This document shows positions 27,560 through 40,289 of a stretch of 64,000 nucleotides of DNA, piece after piece. The DNA comes from Octopus vulgaris (taxonomy: Eukaryota). Within the stretch, counting starts at the first letter, position 1. Every line of letters begins with the position of its first letter. The position numbers were made by a program, and so were the translations under genes. Under the pieces are notes generated by a model that had not been told where the DNA came from, ran no database searches, and worked only from the letters and a program-made list of their open reading frames with translations. The stretch is taken from NCBI GenBank assembly GCA_951406725.2, contig OX597833.1, positions 24,242,001 through 24,306,000 of the forward strand, written 5' to 3'.

Positions 27560-27990
27560 GGCTAGCACAGCGGTTTGTTTAAAGTGGAATAGCGCATCGT
27601 AAACGTCGCTCTCTCGTCCGTGACCATCTTCAATCCAGGGCAAAACCAGAACAAGACGACTCCAGTCTTCATGACTGGAAATGGAGATAGATGCTGTGGG
27701 TGACCAATATGTCTTATTTGCCTCATCTTACTTTTTGCACTCCACAATACGTCGCAACAGCCATCTTCCCCTCTGTTGGGCCATGAAAGTTTCTTCGCAG
27801 TGTCCTCCGGATCCAGTCTTCACGTGCACAGGTAGGCATGCCCATATTTTCTAATTACCTCATAACTGGGACCCTGTTGGTTGCTGCTTCGACCTCCGGG
27901 TCAGAGAAGACCTTGAAACAATGGTGGCTAAGTGGTGGTTCGAACTTTTCAAAATCCTGAAACTTTCGAATCAGGGCCCCACTACTGGAT
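27560..27990 (-). mobile_element. Possible decayed RTE LINE C-terminal fragment
   Basis: RWLLRRIV and RQIRHIGH resemble the RTE M.C.RR.L and LRW.GH motifs. Heavily frameshifted. Confidence 0.4.
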
Positions 27991-28091
27991 GCAGTTTCAA
28001 GTCATACTCACTCCAGTTTCTTGTAAACATAAACGTATACACACGCACACGTACACGCACACGCACGCACACACACACACACACACACACG

Positions 28092-28211
<120 letters not shown>

Positions 28212-28240
28212 TATGTGTATTGAACGTTGGCGAGAATATA

Positions 28241-28650
28241 CGTGGTCTGATCAATAAATATCCGGACTGTTGCCATAGAAACGAAGCTAAAGCACGCAGA
28301 GTAAAGCCCCTTGGCACAGATTACCCTTATTCTCTGCTATGCATGCGCACTAAGTTTTAACGTACAAACTCGCTTCCGCTGTTTACAGCAATGCTTGGAA
28401 ATAACGTGTGTAGCGTGTGATCGTTGCATTGATCATGACGGAGACAGTTGAGCAGAGAACCTGCATAAAATTGTGCCAAAAGCTTAGCGATACCCGCTCA
28501 GAAGCCTATGCAAGGGTTCCAAAACGTTTTCATCGTTCTCGACACAATCAAGGAGATCTTGTGCAACTGAAGCCCAAATGTCTCTTTGGTCAGCTGAAAG
28601 CAGTTTTAGCACAAACTTACTGATACGCGTATCATACCCAAATCTTCAGT
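28241..28650. mobile_element. Rearranged mariner fragment (5' TIR and N-terminus on +, a later segment inverted)
   Basis: TA then CGTGGTCTGATCAATAAATATCCGGACT (TIR-like) and VEQRTCIKLCQKL on +. TEDLGMIRVS/KFVLKLLSADQ...VAQDLLDCVENDEN on - at 28513-28650. Confidence 0.8.
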
Positions 28651-28999
28651 GATATATTATATCGGTCATTTTTCTGAACCGCTAGGTTACGGGAACATGA
28701 AGAAATCACTGGTTACTCTAAGACGACGAACATTCTAATGCCAACAATATGTAAATTACATGCGTTCTTCTTGAATAGCAAGATGAGGAATACTTGATTT
28801 CTGAAGAATACCTAAAGGAGATCATGGCAGCCACTTATGTTTTAATGCGTGTAAAAAGAAATACTGACGTTTATACATATGTTTACGTTTCACTGTTGTG
28901 CTTTTAATAAACAGTATATTTGTACATTTAACTATACGAAATTTAACATATATATCATATATATCTAATCATACTTATCAATGTATATAAACACACACG

Positions 29000-29048
<49 letters not shown>

Positions 29049-29082
29049 TATTATATTATATATATATATATATATATACAAA

Positions 29083-29241
29083 GGCGCCGGAGTAGCTGTG
29101 TGGTAAGAAGCTTGCTTACCAACCACATGGTTTCGGGTTCAGACCCACTGCATGGCGTCTTGGGCAAGTATATTCTATATAGCCTCGGGTCGGCCAAAGC
29201 CTTGTGAGCGGATTTCGTAGACGGAAACTGAAAGAAGCCCG

Positions 29242-29301
<60 letters not shown>

Positions 29302-29520
29302 TTGTATGTATTAGTGTGTCTGTGATTGACCCCCCACCATAGATTCACAACAGATAATGGTGTGTTTACGTCCCCGTATCTTAGCGGTTCGGCAAAAGAA
29401 CTCGATAGAGTAAGTACTAGGTTTACAAAGAATAAATCTTGGGGTAGATTTGTCCGACTAAAGGCGGTGCTCCAGCATGGCAACGGTCAAATGACTAAAA
29501 CAAGTAAAAGAATAAAGGAA
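29083..29520 (+). mobile_element. Full-length family B SINE
   Basis: tRNA-like head (TAGCTGTGTGG...GGTTCAGACCC), central block, internal (TA)n and conserved tail. Confidence 0.9.
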
Positions 29521-29686
29521 TACATGCAAACATATATGTGACGTGTGCGCGTATGTGTATAGAAATATATACACATATATATACACACATGTATACACAC
29601 ACGTTTATACATATACACATAAACACATGTACACACACGCGCGCACACACACACACATATATATATATATAGATACATATACATAC

Positions 29687-29717
<31 letters not shown>

Positions 29718-29867
29718 CATACCTACATATATACATATATATACATATATATATATATATACGTATATATACATACATATATGCATACATACATATATAT
29801 ATATACGTACATATATATACGTACATATATATACATACATATATATATATACATACACACACACACG

Positions 29868-29974
<107 letters not shown>

Positions 29975-30038
29975 TACATATATATATATATGTATGCATA
30001 CATAATCAAAATAAGCAACAAGAATAACTCCAGTGATT

Positions 30039-30122
30039 TGGTACGATTGTTTCGCACTACATCATTTTATTAAACGTTGTAAATATTACAACAGTTTTAA
30101 AATGCTGAGCACTCATCAGCCA
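30039..30122 (-). ncRNA. Type I hammerhead ribozyme motif in a solo PLE pseudo-LTR fragment (30004-30130)
   Basis: Minus strand: UGG-CUGAUGA-[about 59 nt stem II hairpin]-GAAAC-AAUC-GUA-CCA. Stem I is UGG/CCA and stem III is AC/GU. Confidence 0.75.
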
Positions 30123-30142
30123 TTAATAGAGATATATATACA

Positions 30143-30195
<53 letters not shown>

Positions 30196-30240
30196 GCATA
30201 TATATACATACGTATATATATATATATATATATACATACG

Positions 30241-30276
<36 letters not shown>

Positions 30277-30322
30277 CATGCATATATATACACATATATA
30301 TACACATATATATAAATATATG

Positions 30323-30368
<46 letters not shown>

Positions 30369-30370
30369 CG

Positions 30371-30407
<37 letters not shown>

Positions 30408-31122
30408 TGAGAAAGAGTGAGAGAGTGGAAAAGTAAGCGAGGCATACATATATGCATACATGTGTGTGTTCGCGCGTGTGTGTGTCTTTGTGTCTATCTG
30501 TGTGTACATATATATGCATTAGGGAGGTTCCTCTTGAAATAACTGCCTAAATACCTCAAAACACAATGGTAAACTTCTCACTGTTTAAATTGAAATCATG
30601 TTTGTTTTTCTTATTATTTTACACACGTTCCTTCTTTTCCTTTCTTTCCGCATCCCACAAAAAAAAAAAAAAAATCCAAAAAAACAAACAAACAAAAAAA
30701 CTAAACAAACAACACTTGCCTATCCGTAAAGAATTCTTTATATAAGTAAATACTAAACATAATATTGTATTGTACCTTGTATTTTTAAATATATTGTATT
30801 TCACCATTGTTGTTTACGATATTTCAGTTTTGCTTATATATTTATTTAAATTTAGGTGAGGGTGGGGAAATATACACACCCAATATATTGTGCTGTTTGT
30901 GTGTGTGTCTGCGAGGGCGTGTGTGTGTGCTCGTAGCTTTGTAAGGAATGGGGAAGCGGTTCATTTTTTTTTGCTGATTCAGTGTTTGAATTCAGCGAGG
31001 ACGAATATTGTACTAAATTATATCTGGTTAAATTCTGTAAAGTTGTTGTCTATATTATACACGTATGCACATACAAACCCGTGCATGCATAAGTATATAT
31101 ATATACACATTATATATATATA

Positions 31123-31218
<96 letters not shown>

Positions 31219-31346
31219 CATATACATATCTACATACATATACATACACACACACACATATATATAAGCACACACATACACATATATATACATATGCACA
31301 TATATGTATATATGTATAGGCATATGCATATATATATATATATATA

Positions 31347-31740
31347 TTCTTTTAATCTTTTACACGTTTCAGTCATTTAACTGTGGCCATGCTGGAGCAT
31401 CGCCTTTAGTCGAACAAATCGATCCCAGGACTTATTCTTAGTAAGCCTACCACTTTTTCTATTGGTCTCTTTTGTCGAACCGCTATGTTTCGGGTATATA
31501 AACACACCAGCATCGATTGTCAAGCGATGGTGGGAGGACAAACACAGATACAAAAACACACATACATAAACATATATACATATATATAAGACGAACTTCT
31601 TTCAGTTTCTGTCTACCAAATCCACTCACAAGGCTTTGGTCGGCCCGAGGCTATAGTAGAAGACACTTGTCCAAAGTGCCACGCTGTGGGACTGAACCCG
31701 GACCCATGTGGTTGGGAAGCAAGCTTCTTACCATACAGTC
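31347..31740 (-). mobile_element. Full-length family B SINE
   Basis: Same head, central block and tail as 17748-18122. Confidence 0.9.
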
Positions 31741-31789
31741 ACACACAAACACACACATACACACACAAACACACACATGCACACACACA

Positions 31790-31839
<50 letters not shown>

Positions 31840-32089
31840 CATACATACACACATATATACATACATACATACACACATATATATCTTTATACACACACAC
31901 ATACACACACATATATATAATACATGTGTACGTGTGTGCCTGCGCGCGGGGTAAAATACGCATACATATGAAAAGACATGACTCAGAGGAAATTTGTCTT
32001 CGTAAAAACGTCGACAAAATGATAATCGATCCATTCATCCATAGTTCCAGTTAGCCAGCTTGCCATTTTCGTGTCAACTGGTGGTGGGG

Positions 32090-32440
32090 ATTGTTAGGGG
32101 ATAGAGTCAAGTACCTCCACCTTGGTGCCCTGTCAGAAGCAACAGTCATTACAGTTTCCTGCTGGAGTCTCTACTTGACCAACTAAGACTATGGATTATT
32201 TATCCAGCCATCATGGTCCTGATCTGTCTCTACGTCTCCTACGGGTTGGTTCAGCTTGAAGAATCAGTCCTGCGATTCTTTCCAGCAGCATTCTAATCGC
32301 AAGTCCATTGCAATGGATCTGTGACTTCTGAATGTAGCGAAGTACCGACTCGACCTGCAGAGTCTTCTTCATCTGCGTGCTGTACACCCTGTCGAGTAAC
32401 GTTACTCCCGAGATCCTTCGGAGGAACACCATTTTAGCTA
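32090..32440 (-). mobile_element. RTE LINE 3' fragment
   Basis: FLRRISGVTLLDRV...LRYIQKSQI...IRMLLERIAGLILQAEPTRRRRRDR is a typical RTE C-terminus (LRRI.G....DR, RM...R, G.R..GR). Confidence 0.8.
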
Positions 32441-32679
32441 CTTGAAAGTGAATGAAATTTATAAAACTGACATTTGGGAGAACGATCTCGAAGCTTACTA
32501 CCTCTCGTAATACCACATATCTAATTTATTTCCGGTCTATGTTGCTGTGATGAACCTGCCAAGCACAAATATGCAACTTATACCATCAACCACAGCGGTA
32601 ACACAGTTATCCACTGCTATTGTAGCCAACATTCTCTGCTATCGATTGAGGAAATTGAGTGGGTACTTCTGTGAAGAAT

Positions 32680-32870
32680 GGTCAAGAAACAGACTTCTAA
32701 TATTTCCATGCATTCTTAAATATTGAGACTTCATTTACTATTTCTTTTGTAATGTCATTGGCTGGTTTCTCGTTTCCACCCCTTAGTCTCCAGGAATATT
32801 TCGAAAGTTCTGGGTAATTGTGCTTTGATGTTTCATTAGTATGGTTCATAATAAACACGGTATACGATGC
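32680..32870 (-). mobile_element. Possible PLE GIY-YIG C-terminal fragment
   Basis: PELSKYSWRLR...DITKEIV resembles the PLE TELSKYIW.LK...I.WEI motif. Confidence 0.5.
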
Positions 32871-34186
32871 TTAATTTTTTTGGCATTTGTCTTTTAGGTA
32901 ACATATACTTCAACAATTTGAAGTATTCCTCTCCAAGCTAGATCTATAAGAGCTATTGAACACAGCACAGCAAACTAATAAGAGTACACATAACATATAC
33001 TATCTGACTCTCATTTTACAACAGTGAATTATTGTATTACACTGTGTTGTTTATCTAATGCTACATAGTATATCTAGGTTATGGGAAGCTAACATAGATA
33101 AACTTACCATAAGTGAACCCTAGGTAGGTCATCCTTGCGTAACCCATCCATTGTTGAAGTGACGCTCATGAGATACATTGAACTCAACACTTCAAGTTAA
33201 CAAAAGAAAAGAGGAAAACAAAAAAAGGGGGGGGAGAAAGGGAGAACAGAAAGAGAAACGAAATACATTCAAATTTACGGTTTTCTAAAACGTTCCAGTT
33301 GTCAATCGTATGTCCTCATCAGCGAAGCATAAACTTCATCGCGTTAAGTAATGACGACATAATCACTAAGTAAGTGGAAAATATATTGTACATTGTTTGA
33401 TATAGAAAAATATATCGATTATATATAATTCAAACTCGCCGAAAACATGAAAAAACAACTAGTAAGACTGTAAACACATTTAGAGCAGGTAGCATTAAAA
33501 ATTTAATCTGAAATAATTATTCGGTTAGAGAGATTATTAAACGATTATTTTGATTGATAGACAATTTATAAATCGTTTAGCTAGCAAAATCATAGATATT
33601 CAGCAATCACGGAAATATGGAGGCGTGTGTGATAAGGATAATAATTAGAAGATGCCAAACTTCGTAAGTCATGCTTCGGAGTAACAAATTTTAACATTTC
33701 AGTTTCCAATAAGTAAACATGCATTCAGTATCGACTTTCACTTTGAAGGGCACACATCCAAACACACACACACACATGCACACACACACACACATGCACA
33801 CACACACACACATGCACACACACACATGCATACATACACACACACAGATATATATATATATGTATATGTATATATACATACGTATACAAATAATTACAAA
33901 TGCAAATACAAATATAAATACAAATAATTATTTGTAATTATATTTCTCGTGTATTGTTTTGACGAAGGAAAAAAAGCATGTTTTTATGGCTTTAATCCTG
34001 AAATTGGACCAAATTCACAATTAACATGAAATCTTTTTACTATTTTTTCACTCGCCCGACTACAATTCGTGTATATTTTGGAGTTTTTCGGTAATATCCG
34101 AGTGCTTCGGCATTTTCAAGTACGTTGGAGAAAGGTCGTTTTTCGTCCATGCTCCCTCAATATAATTATATACATACATACATACA

Positions 34187-34280
<94 letters not shown>

Positions 34281-34688
34281 TTAATTTAATCTTTTATTGC
34301 ATGCCGACTACCTGATAAAAAATCATTAACATGATTTCATCCTTATATTCTATATATCTATACATATATAATTGTTAAAGAGGACAACAAACGTTAAGGT
34401 AAGGTAAATATCTCAAGTCATATACATTGTTATTATTGTATATTAATTATTTCAAGGATATAAATATCTCTAAAAGGGATGTCAGCATCCAAACTCCCCG
34501 GTTTTATCGAGTATATCAGTGAGATGCTAAAAGATATTAGCTTCACATTGATGGATATGGAAATATTACCATTTATGTATAAGAAAAACAAGAAAATGAA
34601 GAAATTGACATATACTCTTAACTTTATTGAAATAAATCCACTTTCAACTAATATCAAACTCATAGAACCTACAATTGTTTCCATGTCC

Positions 34689-34969
34689 AATCAATTAATT
34701 CAAATTAGAAAAATTAAATTAAAGATTCATATTGAATTATAGTTAATTGAACATTTCGTCAGAGTCAGAATTTGATAGAAAAAGGAACAGCATCCCAATG
34801 TATTAATATATCATTGGTAGACTCAGTATTAAATTCAGATGTGTGCACTTTTCCATTGTAATGTATTAAAAATAAACCGTTCCACATGTATCTACAACTT
34901 TGTTTGAATTTATTTGTGCGCATGCGTGTGAATCTTTAATTTAATTTTTCTAATTTGAATTAATTGATT
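34689..34969. repeat. Perfect 41-bp inverted repeat with a 199-bp spacer
   Basis: AATCAATTAATTCAAATTAGAAAAATTAAATTAAAGATTCA at 34689-34729 is the exact reverse complement of 34929-34969. Confidence 0.9.
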
Positions 34970-35194
34970 CTTATGCATTTTCTAAATAGAAGAATGAGAA
35001 CATTACTTCATTAAAAAAAAAAAATACAACAGGGATGTAGCTGAAGTCTGTCGAGGCTTACCGTGATTTTCGCGACAGACTTTAGATACGTCCCTGCCGT
35101 ATTTTTGAGATATTCTGTTTTTGAAATTATATTTCGTTTTTTTTGCAATGAAGTAATGTTCCCATTCTTCTATTAAAAAAAAAATGCGTAAGAA
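34968..35194. mobile_element. Foldback/MITE-like palindromic element
   Basis: Outer arms TTCTTATGCATTTT..AATAGAAGAATGAGAACATTACTTCATT and AATGAAGTAATGTTCCCATTCTTCTATT..AAAATGCGTAAGAA. Inner arms CAGGGATGTAGCTGAAGTCTGTCG and CGACAGACTTTAGATACGTCCCTG. Confidence 0.75.
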
Positions 35195-35482
35195 ACAGCT
35201 GAAATGAGCTGACGATTATCCATCGTTTGTTATTCATTTGATTATAATACGCGATAGGAATTTACGACACGTCAGATACCAATTGAGTATAGCAACAACT
35301 TAGAATCAACGTGTGCATTAGACCAGCCCCTAAGTGATAAATACTCATAGGGCTGGTGTTCTCTGTGTGTACAACCGGAATATCCTACTTGCTATTTATC
35401 AACAATAGGCGGTAACCACAGGTTTATCCAACCCTACCTGGTGCATATCTTTTCAAATACCCGATTCTATCCGAATCCTTAT

Positions 35483-35521
<39 letters not shown>

Positions 35522-35639
35522 CTATTAATATATACATATTTATATGTATATATATATTATGCGCACCCCCCCACACACACATATATATACACATACTCAT
35601 ACACCCACACACACATATGTGTATATATATATAATATTA

Positions 35640-36698
35640 TATTATATTATATATATATTATAATATAAAAATATATAAATATATGCATATATACATTCAT
35701 ATATGTATACATATATATGTATATATACATGCATATATGGGTACAGGACAAAAAACCCCCAGACAGAATGAGTAACGAGAACGTAAAAAGCAAAAACATA
35801 GAAAATGAACTTTTTCGGTTTTCCTTTTTTTTTGTTCTTTATGTTCTCGTTTCTCATTCTGTTTCGTGTTTTGATGTCCTGTACCCATACATGCATGTAT
35901 ATATACATATGTATGTACGTACGTTCATATATGTATGTATATATGCATATATTTATATATTATTTATATTATTATATGATCCTTTTCCAAGTTTTATCTT
36001 AATAAGTACGATGCGCACACTTATTCTATCTCTTTTCTGTCTACCTATCTCCCTCTCTTGTTCTTCCTTTCTGTTTTTCTCTCCCACCCTTTCCCTATTC
36101 TTCTCCTCTCCCCTTAACCGTTCCTTCTCTCTCACTCTTCCTCCTTGACTCTCTCGTTGCTCACACGTGACTAACAACAGTTCTTTCTTCCACATCCTTC
36201 CTAAAGACAAAGCTCGTTTTTCCAGCGTTCAGCACTTCACATCGTCTTGGCTCAACAACCCTCACTGTTTGTTTTTACTGTTTTGTTCTCACTGTCCTGT
36301 TTTTGTTACCACTTTCACCCTCCGGAAAAAAATCCCAAATTTTATTTAATTTGCTTTCCGGGAAGGACTGTTTTAACGAGGTCGAGTCTTGTCCTTACTT
36401 TCAACGCGGGATAGATAAAACAGAGACAACTGATGAAGGGAATTTCTTTATGTTGCCTGTCTCGTTTCTCTGTTTGTTTGCTTTTTTTCGACGTCCGAAA
36501 AAAAGTTCGTTTTCTATGTTTTTGTTTTTCATGTTTTCATTTCTCATTCTGTTTCGTTTTTTTTAATGTCCTGTACCCATATATGCATGTATATATACAT
36601 ATATATGTAGGTATGTACATATATGTATATGTATATGCAAATATTTATATATTATTTATATTATTATATGATCGAACGTCACGCATCCTTTTCCAAGT
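35640..36698. repeat. Three copies of a unit of about 170 bp (one inverted, two direct); PLE pseudo-LTR-like architecture
   Basis: The unit containing GTCCTGTACCCATA.ATGCATGTATA lies at about 35640-35818 (-), 35820-35991 (+) and 36495-36698 (+). A related piece is at 55928-56002. Confidence 0.75.
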
Positions 36699-36702
36699 AA
36701 GT

Positions 36703-36776
<74 letters not shown>

Positions 36777-36821
36777 AAGAGAGTATGTGTGTGTATACAT
36801 GTAGTAAATATATGTTTATAA

Positions 36822-37023
36822 ACGTGGTGGGAACTGGAAAGTTCCTGGTTTTAAGGGTATTACAAAAGGCCTGGTTGTAGGATCAACATTCAGTGTACTT
36901 TTACAGGGCATAGAAAAAGTGAAGGACCGCTGCAATACGTGTGTGACTCTGTTGAATAAAATCATAATTAACTGATCCTCTTGTATTTTCTTATACCCAA
37001 AGACAGGAACTGTTTCGCATCCT
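36822..37023 (+). mobile_element. Mariner-derived MITE
   Basis: Imperfect TIRs GAAAGTTCCTGGTTTTAAGGGTA and TACCCAAAGACAGGAACTGTTTC. Internal GIEKVKDRCNTCV resembles the mariner C-terminus (GI.KL..RW.KC). Confidence 0.7.
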
Positions 37024-37115
37024 TAATATATACATGTATAGGCATATAGCATATATGTATATATATATGTGTGTGTGCGCGCGCGCGCGCGCGTATGTAT
37101 GTGCGCGCACACACA

Positions 37116-37169
<54 letters not shown>

Positions 37170-37324
37170 TTTACTGTTGTTTATCGGGGGTAACCTAACA
37201 TAAATAATAGTCACATTCAGAAAATCAATTTTGACTTGATCTTCAAGCTTCGCTTAGTGGCTTATTCAATCAGTCGAACTGAATAAGTCGTTTGGCGAAG
37301 CACCAGTCAAAACAAATTCTGCCC

Positions 37325-37385
<61 letters not shown>

Positions 37386-37729
37386 CATAGTATCAGATTA
37401 AGAATATCATTATAAGCAAACAGGGAGGGGCTCTAACAACACTATTATATTTATACTCTGTGGGTTAAAGTTTAAATGTTAAACATATCATATTTGATAA
37501 AAATCATTTATCACGTCTTTGAAAGACATTATATAGCTTTTACTCTCTCTATTTTTAAACAGATTGAAAAATTAATCTTATGTTTTTGTAAAAAGTAAAG
37601 TTTACTACACATGGTGTTAATCAGCTGGTGAAAACCCGTATTTCTCACAGTCCTCGTATACATACATACATACATACATACATACATACATACATACATA
37701 CATACATACATACATACATACATACATAC

Positions 37730-37773
<44 letters not shown>

Positions 37774-37893
37774 GTATATATTTGTATATTATACATATGT
37801 GTATATATGTATACAAATTTGTATATATGTGTGTGTGTGTGTATTCATATATCCATACATACACTCACACACACACAATATATATATACATAT

Positions 37894-38452
37894 GGCACAG
37901 TAGTGGGTGTGTGGTAAGTAGCTTGATTACCAACCATAAGGTTCCGGATTCAGTCCAACTGCGTGGCACCTAGGGTAAATGTCTTCTACTATAGAAGTTT
38001 ATTAGGTAGACGGAAACTGAAAGAAGCCCGTCATATATATATATGTATGTATGTGTATGTGTGTGTGTGTTATGTTTGTGTGTGTTTGTCCCGCTAACAT
38101 CGCTTGACAACCGATGCTGGCATGTTTACGGCCCCGTAATCTAGCGGTTCGGCAAAAGTTGCCGACAGAATAAGTACTAGGCTTATAAAGAATAAGTCCT
38201 GGATTCAATTCCCGACGATGTATTGTTTCCTTGATTAAAGCACTTTATTTCACGTTGCTCCAATCCGCTCAGCTGGCAAAAATGTGTTGTACCAGTATTT
38301 CAAAGGGCCAGCCTCGTTATATTCTGTATCACGCTGAATCTCCTTGAACATTACTTTAAGAGTACGCGTGTCTGTGGAGAGCGCAACTTCTTGCACGTTA
38401 ATTTCTCGAGATCAGCTGGAACACTCGTCGTCGTAATCGATGGAGCGCCAGT
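37894..38452 (+). mobile_element. Family B SINE followed by a family C SINE body
   Basis: Family B head and tail run to about 38210, then CACTTTATTTCACGTTGCTCCA...CACGTTAATTTC...CGTCGTAATCGATGGAGCGCC. Confidence 0.8.
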
Positions 38453-38746
38453 TGTTTGAATGAATGAATGTATGTATACAAATATATACTGATAAATGCA
38501 TATATTTTCAATAGGTAGAACACTGTCAATTGATATACCATATGTTATTGCCATAGTGCGACTGAACCTGGAACCATGTAGTTGGGAAGCAAACTTACAA
38601 TACACTCATGGCTTATATGCCCCATTATTAGACTATTTTATTTAGTCATTGCCCCATGATCGCTTATAAAATACTATTATTATTATTTATAAAATTGCAA
38701 AAATCGACGCGGCTTAACAAAAACTATCGCAGATAAATATACATAC

Positions 38747-38803
<57 letters not shown>

Positions 38804-39289
38804 TACAGACACATATATATACATATACACGAATTATTATATTACATACATATATTATGTAATATTTAAATATTTTTTATACAAATATATATATATATAT
38901 ATATATATATCTATTGTATTTACACATGTATATCTATTTACACATATATTATCTATATTTTATTTGATTACACATACACACACATGTTCATGTCTCTGCG
39001 TGCGTACGTGTGCATGTCTGTCTGTATGTATAGTGTAGTAGTTAGTCATTTACTCCAATCTCGACATAGAACACCATGATACTACACAAGTAGGGTTGGA
39101 TTAGTGGTGGGCGTGTTTTTTCATATTTCCTTTCCTTTATTGTTCTTCTGTGACCACATACAGGGACACAGTTGTATTGATCATATCTAATGAGAGAGAT
39201 CAAGTTTATATTTGTTGTATTTGTACACACCTAGATACACGTGCACACATCTATTTACACGTGTGTATCAAAAAGGAACCAAAGGTCCT

Positions 39290-39530
39290 TCTCAAGCCAT
39301 AAGTCCATAAGGCTGGTTTCCGGGTTTCTGTGTCGAGTGTATTCCCCACTCGACGGGACGCCGGTCTGTCGCTGGATTATTCATTTTTGGAGCTGAGTAG
39401 ACTGGAGCAACGTGAAATGGAATGTTTTTTGGTTAAGAACACAACACATCGCCCACTCCAGAAATCGGAACCACGCTCTTACGATCATCAGCCGAATACT
39501 CTAATCACTAAGCGTACGCATCTCAACACA
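39290..39530 (-). mobile_element. Family C tRNA-derived SINE (related copies at 26170-26345 and 44565-44735)
   Basis: Shared block GCTGAGT.GACTGGAGCAACGTGAAAT...GAACACAACACATCG..C.GTCCAGGAAT.G.AACCAC..TCTTACGATCAT. Confidence 0.8.
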
Positions 39531-39669
39531 TTTATGTATGCATAAATATAATGTACACGCTGGCAACGTACTCACACTCAAACACAATCACACACATACA
39601 CTCCCAATTCCCCCCATAAAGCAGCATTCCAATTTGGTCTCTAAATCTTTGCCTTTTTTTCACTAAATA

Positions 39670-40210
39670 TTGGGTTGTCTGGAAAGTTCATGCCGATTTA
39701 TAGTAGTTTACATTTCGACTTATTTTAGAACATGGTTGAGTCCATAAAATAGGATTTGACTACACCTCCATTTAGAGCACAGTTTAAGCTATCTTTTCGT
39801 GGAAGAAGGTTTATGTTCCTATAACCTGTGTTAATTCTGTAACCCTTTAAAATGGTACTTATTGTGTTGGGAACTAGACAAAAATTGCTGCAGCTTGGCT
39901 GGGATGTTTTACCCCACCCTCCATATTCACCAGATATTGCTCCTTCGGATTTCCACTTATTCAGGTCTCTGCAGAATAGTCTTAATGGTAAAAATTTCAA
40001 TTCCTTGGATGACGTAAAAAGATACCTTGATGAATTCTTTGCCATGAAACCACCTCAATTCTGGGAAGAGGTATTTCCAAGTTAAAGGAAAGATGGAGAC
40101 GCATTGTGCAACAAAATGGTTCATATTTGGTTGATTAAAATGTAATGACAGGTATTTATTGACCTTTTTGTTTCCTTTAAAAATCGGCACGAACTTTCCG
40201 GACAACCCAA
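39670..40210 (+). mobile_element. Non-autonomous mariner with both TIRs and a TA target duplication
   Basis: 30-bp TIRs TTGGGTTGTCTGGAAAGTTCATGCCGATTT and AAATCGGCACGAACTTTCCGGACAACCCAA (2 mismatches), with TA on each side. It encodes LGWDVLPHPPYSPDIAPSDFHLFRSLQNSL. Confidence 0.95.
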
Positions 40211-40289
40211 TATTTCTTCTTGAGAGTCCTCCCATTTTTCTTAATTTTTGATCTGTTCTTCTGATGGTGGTTCGTCTAGCTGTTTTGCA

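Noticed and set aside
33285-33325. Minus-strand CUGAUGAGGAC...GGAACGUU
   Set aside because: The GAAA box and stems are not intact.
36430-36436. CUGAUGA inside a hairpin in the 35.6-36.7 kb repeat
   Set aside because: It has no correctly placed GAAA or UH triplet.
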